64,000 nt of DNA from Candidatus Kaiserbacteria bacterium CG10_big_fil_rev_8_21_14_0_10_47_16 (GCA_002773395.1 PFBI01000006.1:242797-306796); one strand, 5' to 3'. Positions 1 to 8,961 are shown, numbered from the stretch's first letter. The notes: generated by a model from the letters alone, not told the origin. Made by a program: numbers and translations.

Positions 1-282
1 CCGTTCTGCGTACTCCAGTGTTGAAGTTGCCCCTTGAAACGCGCCACCGCCATCACGTATGACGAACCTGTCACTGTCTTCGAAATGGTACCCTTGCATA
101 TCAGCCTCATCGCATGGCCGGCGCTCTCTAACGTAGAAATGCTTAGCCAGTATTGCTTCCTGTTCGGGAGTTATCGACATGGTCGCCTCCTTCTGCCAAT
201 CTATCCTTGTTATAGACCTATATCGACATTATCGCAAGTCAGATTGTGAGACCACCACTTCTGCGTTATAGTCTTCTCATCC

Positions 283-343
283 CATCCGTAGCTCAGTTGG
301 TTAGAGCGCAAGGCTTACAATGAGCCGAGGGAAGTGAGTAGTG
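283..343 (+). other. tRNA-like 5' fragment: a 22 nt exact copy of the D-arm of the downstream tRNA, with no T-arm or acceptor 3' strand
   Basis: 'tagctcagttggttagagcgca' at 289-310 is identical to 351-372 of the intact tRNA. The sequence after it does not fold into an anticodon or T arm. Confidence 0.4.
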
Positions 344-344
344 T

Positions 345-418
345 CCGTGTGTAGCTCAGTTGGTTAGAGCGCAGAGCTTATACCTCTGTGGTCCTTGGTT
401 CGAATCCAAGCACACGGA
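345..418 (+). tRNA. tRNA with anticodon UAU (tRNA-Ile, AUA-reading); CCA not encoded
   Basis: Cloverleaf read by hand. Acceptor CCGTGTG pairs with CACACGG; D-stem GCTC/GAGC; anticodon stem CAGAG/CTCTG with loop CTTATAC (T33, anticodon TAT, A37); T-arm CTTGG-TTCGAAT-CCAAG; discriminator A; the 3' end is followed by 'ca', not CCA. Confidence 0.8.
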
Positions 419-454
419 CACTGGGCATTTCCGAACGAGGCGAAACTGTATCGA

Positions 455-497
455 AGATATACCTCTGTGGTCATTGGTTCGCACCACACGAGTATTT
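455..497 (+). repeat. Degenerate direct copy of the tRNA 3' half (anticodon loop to T-arm), att-like
   Basis: 'tatacctctgtggtcattggttcg' at 461-484 matches tRNA positions 379-402 with one mismatch. Flanks are degraded. Confidence 0.45.
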
Positions 498-558
498 CCA
501 TTTTTATAGTCGCTCTGCGTCTTAAAAATTAGGTCAATCCAAGCGGCCGGACAAGTAT

Positions 559-585
559 ATTCTAGGTTAGTCTGACTAACCTAGA
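559..585. promoter_or_regulatory. 27 bp palindromic element copy 1 (attctaggttagtctgactaacctaga), candidate operator
   Basis: Arms of 11-13 bp form a perfect inverted repeat around a central T. An identical copy sits at 19191-19217. Copy 1 is about 100 nt upstream of the membrane-protein gene 688-1107. Confidence 0.5.
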
Positions 586-687
586 TATTGAATTATGCAC
601 TTGCGTACTCTTCACAAGTATTGTGCACTGCTATACTAAACGCATCGAAGGTTTCTTCGTTATTAGTTTACTTTATCGTTCTTATTT

Positions 688-1107
688 ATGCGTCATAAAA
701 CCCTTCACGAAATTGCAAAGTTCTGTGCAGGTCTTGTTGCTGCAGATTTCATCATACTCGTATGGATGGCAAATGCAGGAATTCTACCAATCGAATTTCT
801 CGGTCGTATGTTTACCGTAGACATACTTCTCCCAGGACTTGTATTTGATGCGGCACTCTTTTTGATCCTCGTACACTACGGATGGAATATCGGAAAAATC
901 CCAGCGCTCCGTGAGCGTACATACCTCTTTATTGCAGGTATTGTGTTTGCAATCGTTGCGATTGCCCACCTTTTCCGTATTTTTGTTGGAGCTGACCTCA
1001 TTATTGGAGGTTGGGATGCCCCACTCTGGCTCTCATGGCTCGGCACTGCGGTGACCACGTACCTTGCGTACATGAGTCTCCGTCTTGCCCTTCGGATGAA
1101 GAAGTAA
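688..1107 (+). CDS. Hypothetical polytopic membrane protein (139 aa, about 4 TM helices)
   Basis: Hydrophobic helices (FIILVWMANAGILPIEFLG, LVFDAALFLILV, LFIAGIVFAIVAIAHLF, LWLSWLGTAVTTYLAYM). A perfect rho-independent terminator follows. Confidence 0.5.
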   Translation: MRHKTLHEIAKFCAGLVAADFIILVWMANAGILPIEFLGRMFTVDILLPGLVFDAALFLILVHYGWNIGKIPALRERTYLFIAGIVFAIVAIAHLFRIFVGADLIIGGWDAPLWLSWLGTAVTTYLAYMSLRLALRMKK

Positions 1108-1124
1108 GGACACGGACAGAATTC

Positions 1125-1156
1125 AAAAGGCCGGCGCAAAGCGCCGGCCTTTTGTA
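1125..1156 (+). terminator. Rho-independent terminator (ggccggcgc-aaa-gcgccggcc then TTTT)
   Basis: Perfect 9 bp stem followed by a T-run. Confidence 0.75.
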
Positions 1157-1222
1157 TTCTTTCCACATCATCCATTTCCTGCTACACTCTCGCCGAAACA
1201 GTTCACAAGGGAGTACATTGAA

Positions 1223-2125
1223 ATGCCCATAGAATCACCCATCAGCCTCGCGGCCGGCATGATCAAGTCTGCTTCGCATCTCCTCGATGCAAACAACCAC
1301 AACCTCCTCGGTCTCATGAACACCATTACGCTGGGTTCCTTTACCTTGGAACCACGAGAAGGCAACAAGGAACCTGTTTTTTGGTTCAATGAGGAAACAA
1401 ACGGCTCCATCAATGCCATTGGTCTCACAAATCCGGGTCTTCAACACTTTCTCGAGCGGGATTTGCGGATGCTCATGCATATCGTGGATCGGGGAGACCT
1501 TCTCCTTGGAGTCAGCCTTGCTCCGCTTGCAGCTGGACACCTGTCGATCATGTTCGACTGGATCCTCTCCTATCGAGGAACCGATAGGCTCTCACACATC
1601 GAGGTGAATGCCGCCTGTCCCAATCATCGAAACGAGAATGGACTCAGTCCCGTGCTCGCGTATGATGCTGAAGCCGTAGACCAACTCGTGAAAGAAATTC
1701 CTGAAGGGCCGGTGCGTAAATATACGTTCCTCAAGATCGCACCGGAAACACCGTACCGAACGCTCGAGGATATCGTGGACATCTGTCTCAAGGCAGGTCT
1801 TGGCGGTATCGTGAGCGGCAATACGCTTCGCGGTAGCTCGATCATCGACGGCGAGCAGCGTCTCAGCGTCGACATGGGCGGTTATGCAGGTCTCCCGCTT
1901 CTCCCGTCCGCCGTAACGCAGGCAGAACTGCTTCGTCAGTTCATCGATGATCGTGACGCTCGGGACCGACTGCAGCTCATCGGCTGCGGTGGAGTGATGA
2001 AGGCTGATGGTCTTCGTCAGTACTACGACAACGCCGCTGTTGCTGAAGTCCAGGTTGCTACACTCTTCTACCAATTCGGTACGCGGGGTGTGCAAGATCT
2101 TCTGACCGAACTTCACAATTCGTAG
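1223..2125 (+). CDS. pyrD: Dihydroorotate dehydrogenase-like, class 1 (PyrD family)
   Basis: Motifs 'AIGLTNPG', 'IEVNAACPN' (the xNxSCPN active-site region), a 'GGYAGLP' substrate loop, and 'IGCGGV...A.VQVATLF' at the C-terminus. Confidence 0.7.
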   Translation: MPIESPISLAAGMIKSASHLLDANNHNLLGLMNTITLGSFTLEPREGNKEPVFWFNEETNGSINAIGLTNPGLQHFLERDLRMLMHIVDRGDLLLGVSLAPLAAGHLSIMFDWILSYRGTDRLSHIEVNAACPNHRNENGLSPVLAYDAEAVDQLVKEIPEGPVRKYTFLKIAPETPYRTLEDIVDICLKAGLGGIVSGNTLRGSSIIDGEQRLSVDMGGYAGLPLLPSAVTQAELLRQFIDDRDARDRLQLIGCGGVMKADGLRQYYDNAAVAEVQVATLFYQFGTRGVQDLLTELHNS

Positions 2126-2251
2126 CAAGCGATGGAGGCGGGCTCACGCCCGCCTCCATCAACCCCTTCCTTTGGACGGGGTTTTTTGTTACTGTGCAGG
2201 CGGAACGTCATTCGACAACAACCCATTCTGGGATTGGAAAGGAAAGTTCTC

Positions 2252-3328
2252 ATGGATACGATGAAAATCCTGAAGCCATTCGATGCTCATGTGCATCTAC
2301 GTGATGGTGAACTCTTGCGAGCCGTCGTTCCTTTTACGGCGCGGCAGTGTTGGGGCGCTATCGCAGAACCGAACCTCAAGCCACCGATCACCACACGTGC
2401 GCAGGCACGTTCATACGCTGATCGAATTACCGCTGCGGCCGGTCCTGATTTCGTACCGTTCGTGCTCGCCTACTTCACTGACACCCTCGACCCACAGGAG
2501 TTCGTCGACGGACTCACCGAAGGTGATTTTTTTGGAGTGAAGTTTTATCCGAGAGGAGCAACGACCAATTCCGAGAACGGCATCGAGGATGTCAGTTTGC
2601 TCTGGACTCGCGGCACCCGGCAGTTCGACATTATCGAAGCGACAAAAACAACAAGGGGTGTCGTGCAACTTCATGGTGAAGCAAACTTTACCAAAGGAGG
2701 TGAAGAGCTTGACCCCTATGATAAGGAGACGTATTTCTACACAGAGATCATGCCCCGCCTCCAGGATGCCCATCCTCAGGTGAAGTTCTCAGGCGAACAT
2801 ATCACCACCTCTGAAGCGGCAGCCTATGCTCGAAAGAATGGTGGCGAATATTTTGGGGTAAGTGTCACCGCACATCATCTTCTCATCGACCGGCGGGATG
2901 TGTACCGCGGTGGATATCACCCCCACTCGTTCTGTCTCCCTGTCGTAAAGCGGGTACGGCACACCGAAGCGCTTCATGAGCTACTTTACGGCGATCATTC
3001 TTTCGTGTGGGCAGGAAGCGATTCTGCTCCACACGATTGGAAGAACAAAGAGAGCGAATGCTGCTCGGGCGGCGTCTTTTCCGCTCCGGCGATGGTGGAG
3101 CTTTACGCACAAGCTGCAGAAAATATCGGATTGCAGAAGTTGGCATTAGAACGTTTCCTTTCAAGAAACGCCCCAGCGTTCTACACGCTTACACCACCAC
3201 AGGAATACATCACTCTCGAAAAAACCCTATGGGACTTTTTGGGTCACATCGAGTATGGGGACAGCCCCACCGATTATGTGCGCTACTGGGATTATCCTGA
3301 GCTCAAGTGGCGCATGAAGTACGACTAA
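2252..3328 (+). CDS. pyrC: Dihydroorotase, type II (PyrC); the ORF track starts at 2132 but the likely start is M41
   Basis: 'FDAHVHLRDGE' matches E. coli PyrC 'DDWHVHLRDG'. An ATG at 2252 has a 'ggaaag' RBS. The upstream 120 nt overlaps a hairpin. Confidence 0.75.
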   Translation: MDTMKILKPFDAHVHLRDGELLRAVVPFTARQCWGAIAEPNLKPPITTRAQARSYADRITAAAGPDFVPFVLAYFTDTLDPQEFVDGLTEGDFFGVKFYPRGATTNSENGIEDVSLLWTRGTRQFDIIEATKTTRGVVQLHGEANFTKGGEELDPYDKETYFYTEIMPRLQDAHPQVKFSGEHITTSEAAAYARKNGGEYFGVSVTAHHLLIDRRDVYRGGYHPHSFCLPVVKRVRHTEALHELLYGDHSFVWAGSDSAPHDWKNKESECCSGGVFSAPAMVELYAQAAENIGLQKLALERFLSRNAPAFYTLTPPQEYITLEKTLWDFLGHIEYGDSPTDYVRYWDYPELKWRMKYD

Positions 3329-3352
3329 ACTTTGACATGTAACCAACATGCA

Positions 3353-3388
3353 AAAACCCCCGGCACGGAAACGTGTCGGGGATTTTTC
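3353..3388. terminator. Bidirectional terminator between convergent pyrC and ftsH
   Basis: GC-rich stem ccccggcacg/cgtgtcgggg flanked by an A-run and a T-run. Confidence 0.65.
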
Positions 3389-3405
3389 TTTTTCTATTTT
3401 ATTTC

Positions 3406-5463
3406 CTACTTCCCACCTTCCTTCATGTGATCTGCGTCGAACTCAATCGCTTTTGTTGGGTCGCCGATTCTCTCTTCCTCAAGACGCATATCGCGGTACA
3501 CATCATTGATTGGTACACCTTCTTGTTTCAAGATTGCTTCGTACTCTTCGCGTTCAAGTGTCTCTACCTCCACAAGCTTCTTTGCAATAGCATCGAGCGC
3601 ACTGCGGTACTTCGTGAGAATATCTCGCGCTGTTTGTTTTCCGTTTTCAATAAGGAGAGAAACCTCTTCATCAATAGCTCGTGCAACTTCAGGCGAGTAT
3701 CCACGGTCATCTCCATGACCACCTCCAATAAGACTTCCCCTGCTTCCTTCAAGAGCGACCGGGCCAAGCTTCTCACTCATGCCGTACTTTGTCACCATGT
3801 CGCGTGCAAGATTCGCAATCACTTGAAGGTCGTTTGATGGGCCAGTCGTAAGATCGTCAAAAATCATTTGTTCGGTGACGTATCCGCCAAGCGTCATTGC
3901 AATGTCATCGATAAATTCTTTCTTCGAGTGCATGCGGCGATCTTCATCAGGAAGTTTGAGCGTATAGCCAGCTGCACGTCCGCGAGAAATGATCGAAATC
4001 TTCTGTACAGGATCCGCGTATGGAAGGACCGACGCAACGAGTGCGTGCCCTGCTTCATGGTACGCCGTAACCTCGCGCTCGCGCTTTGAGAGTACATGAC
4101 TCTTTCGTTCTGGGCCGAGCATTACCTTTTCAATAGAGCGGATCATATCGAACTGCGCAACTTTCTTCCGCGCTTCACGTGCTGCAAGGATAGCTGCCTC
4201 GTTCATCAGTGAGTAGAGATCTGCTCCAGAGAATCCCGGAGTTCGCTGTGCAATGACTTCAAGATTCACATCTTCTGCAAGCGGCTTCTTACGCGCATGA
4301 ATAGCGAGAATCTCTTTACGATCATCACGATCGGGAAGATCAATCGTCACCCGACGATCGAATCGTCCGGGACGAAGGAGTGCTGGGTCGAGTACGTCAG
4401 GTCGGTTCGTCGCTGCCATCACAATCACCTTCTGCGTTGGTTCAAAGCCGTCCATCTCAACGAGAATCTGGTTGAGTGTTTGTTCTCGCTCATCGTTTCC
4501 ACCGCCGACGCCGGTGCCGCGCACGCGCCCGACAGCGTCGATTTCGTCCACGAAGATAATCGCGGGCGCGGCCTTCTTCGCCATCTGGAAGAGATCACGC
4601 ACACGACTTGCTCCAACGCCGACAAACATTTCTACGAATTCAGAACCAGAGATTGAGAAAAACGGTACACCCGCTTCACCTGCAACCGCGCGTGCGAGCA
4701 GTGTCTTTCCTGTTCCCGGTGCTCCCATCATCATCACCCCTTTTGGAATCTCTGCGCCAATATCAAGAAACTTCTTCGGATTGCGAAGGAAGTCTACAAT
4801 TTCTTCGAGTTCTTGCTTCGCTTCCTTTGCTCCTGCAACATCTTTGAATGTTACTTTCTGCGTAGCGTCATTTGGATCAATCACCCGAGCTTTCGATGAA
4901 CCGAAGTTGAGTGCCTGCATACCTGCTCCCTTCACTGAACGTGAGAAGAAATACACAATGAATCCGAGGAGGAGGAGTGGGAAAAGAAACGGTGCAAGAT
5001 TGCCAAGCCAGTATGCAAAGCCAGTTTGGTTTTGAACATCAATAGTGACGCCGCTTATTTGATCAGTACTTACCCCAAGGTTCGCAAGGGTTTCTGTGAT
5101 AGATGCATCAGTCTCTTTCTTCGCTTCACCTGCTGTGCGTGTCACATCAGTGTATGAAACCTCGAGCGTATCACCACGTACAATAATCTCTTTAATCTCT
5201 CCTGCTTTCACCTGCGTTGCAATCTCAGAGATTGAAAGCTGATCTGGTTTCGCCTGACGCTCTACAAGATATGAGTAGACAAACGTAAGGAGGATGAGGA
5301 GAAATACCGTTGAAAGTATATTGTTCCAAAAATTCCCCGGACCAGGGCCAACAGGCATTTTCCGTATGACATCCTTGCCATGTACCCCCCGTTCTGGCTT
5401 ATTCTTCTTCGTTTCTTCTTTTTTCGGTGTTTCTTTTTCCTGTGTATCCATAATGCGACTCAT
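3406..5463 (-). CDS. ftsH: ATP-dependent zinc metalloprotease FtsH
   Basis: N-terminal TM helix, Walker A '[22 protein letters not shown]', SRH region, zinc site 'HEAGHA'. The start was chosen at ATG 5463 because the track start 5481 is GTG. Confidence 0.9.
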   Translation of the reverse strand: MSRIMDTQEKETPKKEETKKNKPERGVHGKDVIRKMPVGPGPGNFWNNILSTVFLLILLTFVYSYLVERQAKPDQLSISEIATQVKAGEIKEIIVRGDTLEVSYTDVTRTAGEAKKETDASITETLANLGVSTDQISGVTIDVQNQTGFAYWLGNLAPFLFPLLLLGFIVYFFSRSVKGAGMQALNFGSSKARVIDPNDATQKVTFKDVAGAKEAKQELEEIVDFLRNPKKFLDIGAEIPKGVMMMGAPGTGKTLLARAVAGEAGVPFFSISGSEFVEMFVGVGASRVRDLFQMAKKAAPAIIFVDEIDAVGRVRGTGVGGGNDEREQTLNQILVEMDGFEPTQKVIVMAATNRPDVLDPALLRPGRFDRRVTIDLPDRDDRKEILAIHARKKPLAEDVNLEVIAQRTPGFSGADLYSLMNEAAILAAREARKKVAQFDMIRSIEKVMLGPERKSHVLSKREREVTAYHEAGHALVASVLPYADPVQKISIISRGRAAGYTLKLPDEDRRMHSKKEFIDDIAMTLGGYVTEQMIFDDLTTGPSNDLQVIANLARDMVTKYGMSEKLGPVALEGSRGSLIGGGHGDDRGYSPEVARAIDEEVSLLIENGKQTARDILTKYRSALDAIAKKLVEVETLEREEYEAILKQEGVPINDVYRDMRLEEERIGDPTKAIEFDADHMKEGGK

Positions 5464-5511
5464 TATACAAAAAGACACCACAAAAGCGAGTTATTTGCTA
5501 TAGTAGATCGC

Positions 5512-5961
5512 ATGAAGCCATACATTTCACACAAACGCGTCACGTTTGATTTTGATATCCTCGACACCTTCGAGGCGGGTATTTCCCTATTGGGTACTGA
5601 GGTGAAGTCAGTGCGGAATGGCCAAGGCAAACTCGAAGGCGCGCACGTGGTCATTCGTGGCGGTGAAGCCTTCCTCGTAGGTGCATCTATCCCCCCATTT
5701 CAGAAGGCAAACGCTCCAAAAACCTACGATCCAGAACGAACCCGCACACTCCTCCTCTCTCAAAAAGAGCTTGCGCGCCTCGGTACCGAGGGCGAAAAGG
5801 CTGGCTTGACAATAGTGCCAATTAAGTTGTATAATAAAAACAACAAATTGAAGCTTGAAATCGCTATCGCGCGTGGAAAGAAGAAGTACGACAAGCGCGA
5901 ATCCATAAAGGCTCGTGACACGAAGCGCGACATTGATCGCGAGATCAAGCGCGCAGTGTAG
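5512..5961 (+). CDS. smpB: SsrA-binding protein SmpB
   Basis: 'GIsLlGtEVKSvR...G...aYv' core; 149 aa; immediately followed by the tmRNA gene. The track ORF starts at 5380 but the ATG at 5512 fits SmpB length. Confidence 0.85.
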   Translation: MKPYISHKRVTFDFDILDTFEAGISLLGTEVKSVRNGQGKLEGAHVVIRGGEAFLVGASIPPFQKANAPKTYDPERTRTLLLSQKELARLGTEGEKAGLTIVPIKLYNKNNKLKLEIAIARGKKKYDKRESIKARDTKRDIDREIKRAV

Positions 5962-6020
5962 TCTGCCCTCCGCTCAAAGCCTACGTGGTGAGTTCTGAAA
6001 ACTCGCCCCGCGAGTTTTCA

Positions 6021-6418
6021 GGGGATGACAGGCATCGACGGTTAGTCCCGGTAGTATGTGCAGTGTCGAAGCTGATCGTAACTTCGTTAAAATGCGATCA
6101 TTCGTACGTGCTAAGAATAGCGTACCAAGTCCTTACGCGAACGCGTTTGGATTCGCATTTGCTCGAGCGTAAGTAATTACTGCTCGCTCATGCGACATCA
6201 CCCTTTCTGGTATCCGATACAGATTTGGTGGTGAAATAAAAATCGGACTCGAACACGTTACCCCGTTTCCATAATGTGTTTTAAATTCTAAGGAGACTCG
6301 GGGATGTATGATTTTGTGTGTCTTACACATACATCACTTAAATCAAAGGACACTCTACGCACTGTAGAGTCATGCTAACGACCTAGCTCGGACCCGGGTT
6401 CAACTCCCGGCATCTCCA
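6021..6418 (+). ncRNA. ssrA: tmRNA (ssrA), one-piece, about 398 nt, CCA not encoded
   Basis: The 5' end 'GGGGATGACAGGCATCGACGG' matches the tmRNA consensus GGGGNUGA...UCGACGG. The 3' end 'GGACCCGGGTTCAACTCCCGGCATCTCCA' is a tRNA-Ala-like T-arm and acceptor. The acceptor GGGGATG/CATCTCC contains the G3-U70 pair. The gene sits just downstream of smpB. Confidence 0.85.
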
Positions 6419-6454
6419 CATATGAAAATGCTCCCGTCAGGGAGTTTTTTCATA
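6412..6454 (+). repeat. Left copy of a 43 bp direct repeat, overlapping the tmRNA 3' end (att-like)
   Basis: 'atctccacatatgaaaatgctcccgtcagggagttttttcata' is identical to 7415-7457. It also contains the ssrA terminator hairpin. Confidence 0.8.
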
Positions 6455-7414
6455 TGTGGAGACGTAGAAAAGCACCTGCGTGCTTTTCGTCGGGAGTTGA
6501 ACGGCGGAACATGTTGCAACGCAACGGCGAGCCGCGACCAGCGTTCTTAACGAGCGAATGCGAGTTTAGAAAAAGCGGGTCACGACGGCATCTCCACAGA
6601 ATATGGAAATATATAGAACAATATGGAAGTTTGCTCAGACTGAGTAAGCTTCTTTATTTTGGTATACTCAATTGATGAATAAGGAAACTGCTCTAAATCT
6701 GATCTGGGAATACATGCACTTAAATCACCGACTTGAGAAAGCTGACGCTATTTTGGTGTTGGGAAATCGTGATACAAGAGTTGGTGAATATGCTGCCAAA
6801 CTCTGGCTGGATGGCTGGGCGCCTTACCTTATCTGTGCTGGCTCTGGTGATATCCATAATAATAAACCGGGCAGAGAAAAGTTTAAGGGAACCACTGAAG
6901 CCGAAGTGTTCGCACAGCTAGCAATGGAAATGGGTGTTCCAGAGGAATATATTATTGTAGAAAATAAATCACAAAACACAGGTCAAAATTACGAATTCTC
7001 AATTGAGCTACTCCAGAAGAAAGGTATCGAAGCAAAAAAACTGATTGCTGTTCAAAAACCGTACATGGAGCGCAGGACATATGCGACAGGAAAAGTTTGG
7101 CTACCAGAAGTGGACTTGATAGTGACATCGCCACCCATCTCTATAGAGGATTATCCAAACAAATCAAACAGTGTTGGTGAGCATTGGATTCACGCTCTTG
7201 TTGGAGACCTGCAACGAATAAAAGAATATCCTGCGAAGGGTTTTCAAGTTGAACAAGAGATTCCTGAAGAAGTGTGGGGAGCATATGAGTATCTAGTTGA
7301 ACAAGGCTATACAAATCGTTTGATTAAAGATTAGTTAGAGTCACCACAAATCAACCACCTTTAAAAAGTTAGAACACTCCATCTCAATCAAAGAGGTTCT
7401 AACTTGATACAAAG
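6455..7414 (+). mobile_element. About 1 kb ssrA-associated islet remnant bounded by 43 bp direct repeats and carrying one cargo gene (DUF218)
   Basis: Direct repeats of the tmRNA 3' end flank the segment. A third 13 nt partial att copy 'cggcatctccaca' lies at 6586-6598. The interior is AT-richer than the flanks. No integrase is present. Confidence 0.55.
6672..7334 (+). CDS. DUF218 (YdcF/ElyC/SanA-like) domain protein
   Basis: 'ADAILVLGNRD...' followed by 'LICAGSG' resembles the YdcF-family DUF218 core. It is the only gene inside the repeat-bounded islet. Confidence 0.6.
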   Translation: MMNKETALNLIWEYMHLNHRLEKADAILVLGNRDTRVGEYAAKLWLDGWAPYLICAGSGDIHNNKPGREKFKGTTEAEVFAQLAMEMGVPEEYIIVENKSQNTGQNYEFSIELLQKKGIEAKKLIAVQKPYMERRTYATGKVWLPEVDLIVTSPPISIEDYPNKSNSVGEHWIHALVGDLQRIKEYPAKGFQVEQEIPEEVWGAYEYLVEQGYTNRLIKD

Positions 7415-7457
7415 ATCTCCACATATGAAAATGCTCCCGTCAGGGAGTTTTTTCATA
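7415..7457 (+). repeat. Right copy of the 43 bp direct repeat
   Basis: Exact match to 6412-6454. Confidence 0.8.
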
Positions 7458-7534
7458 AATACACCCTGCTTTTCAACGCTACACGTAGAGAGATACTCCA
7501 AATAGTATATAATGCAAAACTAAATACCATATAT

Positions 7535-7930
7535 ATGCATCAAGGAAATTGGAAATGTAGTTCATGCGGAGGAGCGATAACAGAACTCCCGTTTCAGCCA
7601 CGCAGTGAATCGGGACTTACCTGTCGCGCGTGTTATAGCAAACAAAAAGGCGGCGGGAGCGGAGCGGCTCCCGAAGCATCCGGGATACCAGAAACGCCCG
7701 GAGCACCTGAAGTACTCGACATACCCGATCATGCTGAATTAGCAGGAGAACCTGCACCTGCTCCTGAAGATGACTTTGACGGGGCCGTTCCGGCGACGAA
7801 TGAACGTCCTAAATTTGAAGGTAACTGGACCTGCGCTGGATGCGGAGGAGCAATCACCTCACTACCTTTCACTCCACGTGATACGAGCAATCTAAAATGT
7901 CTTGATTGTTTCAAAAGCAGTAAGCGATAA
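7535..7930 (+). CDS. Small protein with two copies of a C4 zinc-ribbon motif (W-C-x2-CGGAIT-x-LPF-x-PR...C-x2-C)
   Basis: 'GNWKCSSCGGAITELPFQPRSESGLTCRACY' and 'GNWTCAGCGGAITSLPFTPRDTSNLKCLDCF' are separated by an acidic Pro/Ala-rich linker. Confidence 0.5.
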   Translation: MHQGNWKCSSCGGAITELPFQPRSESGLTCRACYSKQKGGGSGAAPEASGIPETPGAPEVLDIPDHAELAGEPAPAPEDDFDGAVPATNERPKFEGNWTCAGCGGAITSLPFTPRDTSNLKCLDCFKSSKR

Positions 7931-7960
7931 TTACTACCTACTCACACACATGAAAAAACT

Positions 7961-7990
7961 CCCGTACGGGAGTTTTTTCATGTGTCTTGT
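7961..7990. terminator. Palindromic bidirectional terminator, a variant of the ssrA terminator hairpin
   Basis: 'catgaaaaaactcccgtacgggagttttttcatg'. The same architecture as 6421-6452 but with a different stem. Confidence 0.6.
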
Positions 7991-8418
7991 TATGTAATTG
8001 TCTGAGGTGCAATAAGTAATTTCAATGTTTCTCGATTCTTCCAGATCAGATACAGGTTGAGCAGTAACATGAGGTCAGCGAGGACGGCGCCTGCTGTGAA
8101 TAATCCCCCATCAAGCACGAGGTGGAACGCGACAATGTTGAACACAATAGGTAGTTCGAGTAAGGCAGCGAGAGCTTCTCGCTTCGTCCAAAGCGCTATC
8201 AAAGCAATAATGTGAACCGCGGCCATCATATAGCTAATGTACACAGCAAGGCCATCAATCAATTGGATAAATGCAAATGCTTCATCAGTGTTATAAAGGT
8301 CACGCGTTGCTTCACCAAGTAATCCTGTTGCGCCGACAACTGGTAAGAGGATAACGAGCGAAAAGAGAACTTTGGCCACAATATGTAGATATTTTTTCAT
8401 ATACCAAAATCTTATCAT
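7990..8418 (-). CDS. Hypothetical membrane protein (about 4 TM helices); alternative start at 8400
   Basis: Hydrophobic helices throughout. Both 8418 and 8400 are ATG. Confidence 0.45.
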   Translation of the reverse strand: MIRFWYMKKYLHIVAKVLFSLVILLPVVGATGLLGEATRDLYNTDEAFAFIQLIDGLAVYISYMMAAVHIIALIALWTKREALAALLELPIVFNIVAFHLVLDGGLFTAGAVLADLMLLLNLYLIWKNRETLKLLIAPQTIT

Positions 8419-8476
8419 AAATCAACAAACCCCTGCGGCCAAGGCCGCAGGGGTTTGTTGATTCTCTTTCAACCGA

Positions 8477-8851
8477 CTAATTACTCGAGTAGCAACCGGC
8501 CAATTTCACCCCCTCGGTGAAGGATGGCGTTGCACCGTCTGTAATCTCTTGTATACGCGCACTTCCAACAGCGGTTTCTGCACACACCATCATTTCTTGT
8601 GTGACCGTTATTGAATCTGCATCAATACCAAGTGATGTGAGGAGCTTTCGCTGCCCATCAGTGAGCATGGACGCATCGATGGTTGTACCACTGGTACTCC
8701 CTGTATCATCTGTTGTTGTCCCGGTTTCAAGCTGTGAACCCGTACTCGATGATCCACTATAGAACGTTGCGGTCGTACGCCCCATCCAGAACCCGAGTGC
8801 AAACAGTGCAATGCCTAAAAAGATCAAAAGTATTATATGTGTTGTTTTCAT
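8477..8851 (-). CDS. Small membrane-anchored or secreted Ser/Thr-rich protein (124 aa); start at ATG 8851 after 'gaggatg'
   Basis: N-terminal TM 'IILLIFLGIALFALGFW', a Ser/Thr/Gly-rich linker, and a C-terminal Cys pair. The track ORF extends to 8992 across a palindromic terminator, which is unlikely to be real. Confidence 0.45.
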   Translation of the reverse strand: MKTTHIILLIFLGIALFALGFWMGRTTATFYSGSSSTGSQLETGTTTDDTGSTSGTTIDASMLTDGQRKLLTSLGIDADSITVTQEMMVCAETAVGSARIQEITDGATPSFTEGVKLAGCYSSN

Positions 8852-8961
8852 AACATCCTCAGTATACTCCTCTTTTGACTCGTGCGTTATGGCTGTGTTT
8901 CTTTTTTGCTCTGCCTTTATATACAAAAAACACTCCCGGATTGGGAGCGGTGTGGGCTTTT

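Noticed and set aside
34-249. 71 aa plus-strand ORF at the window edge
   Set aside because: No motifs and it runs into the tRNA region. It is probably the 3' tail of a gene that starts outside the window, or noncoding. Not enough support to call.
283-343. Possibility that the upstream tRNA fragment is an intron-containing or second functional tRNA
   Set aside because: No T-arm (GTTCGA-like) and no acceptor 3' strand can be found between it and the intact tRNA. It is only a D-arm copy.
6454-6675. 73 aa Arg-rich ORF inside the ssrA islet
   Set aside because: It overlaps the internal partial att copy, has no RBS or motifs, and its Arg-rich composition is what noncoding GC-rich DNA tends to yield.
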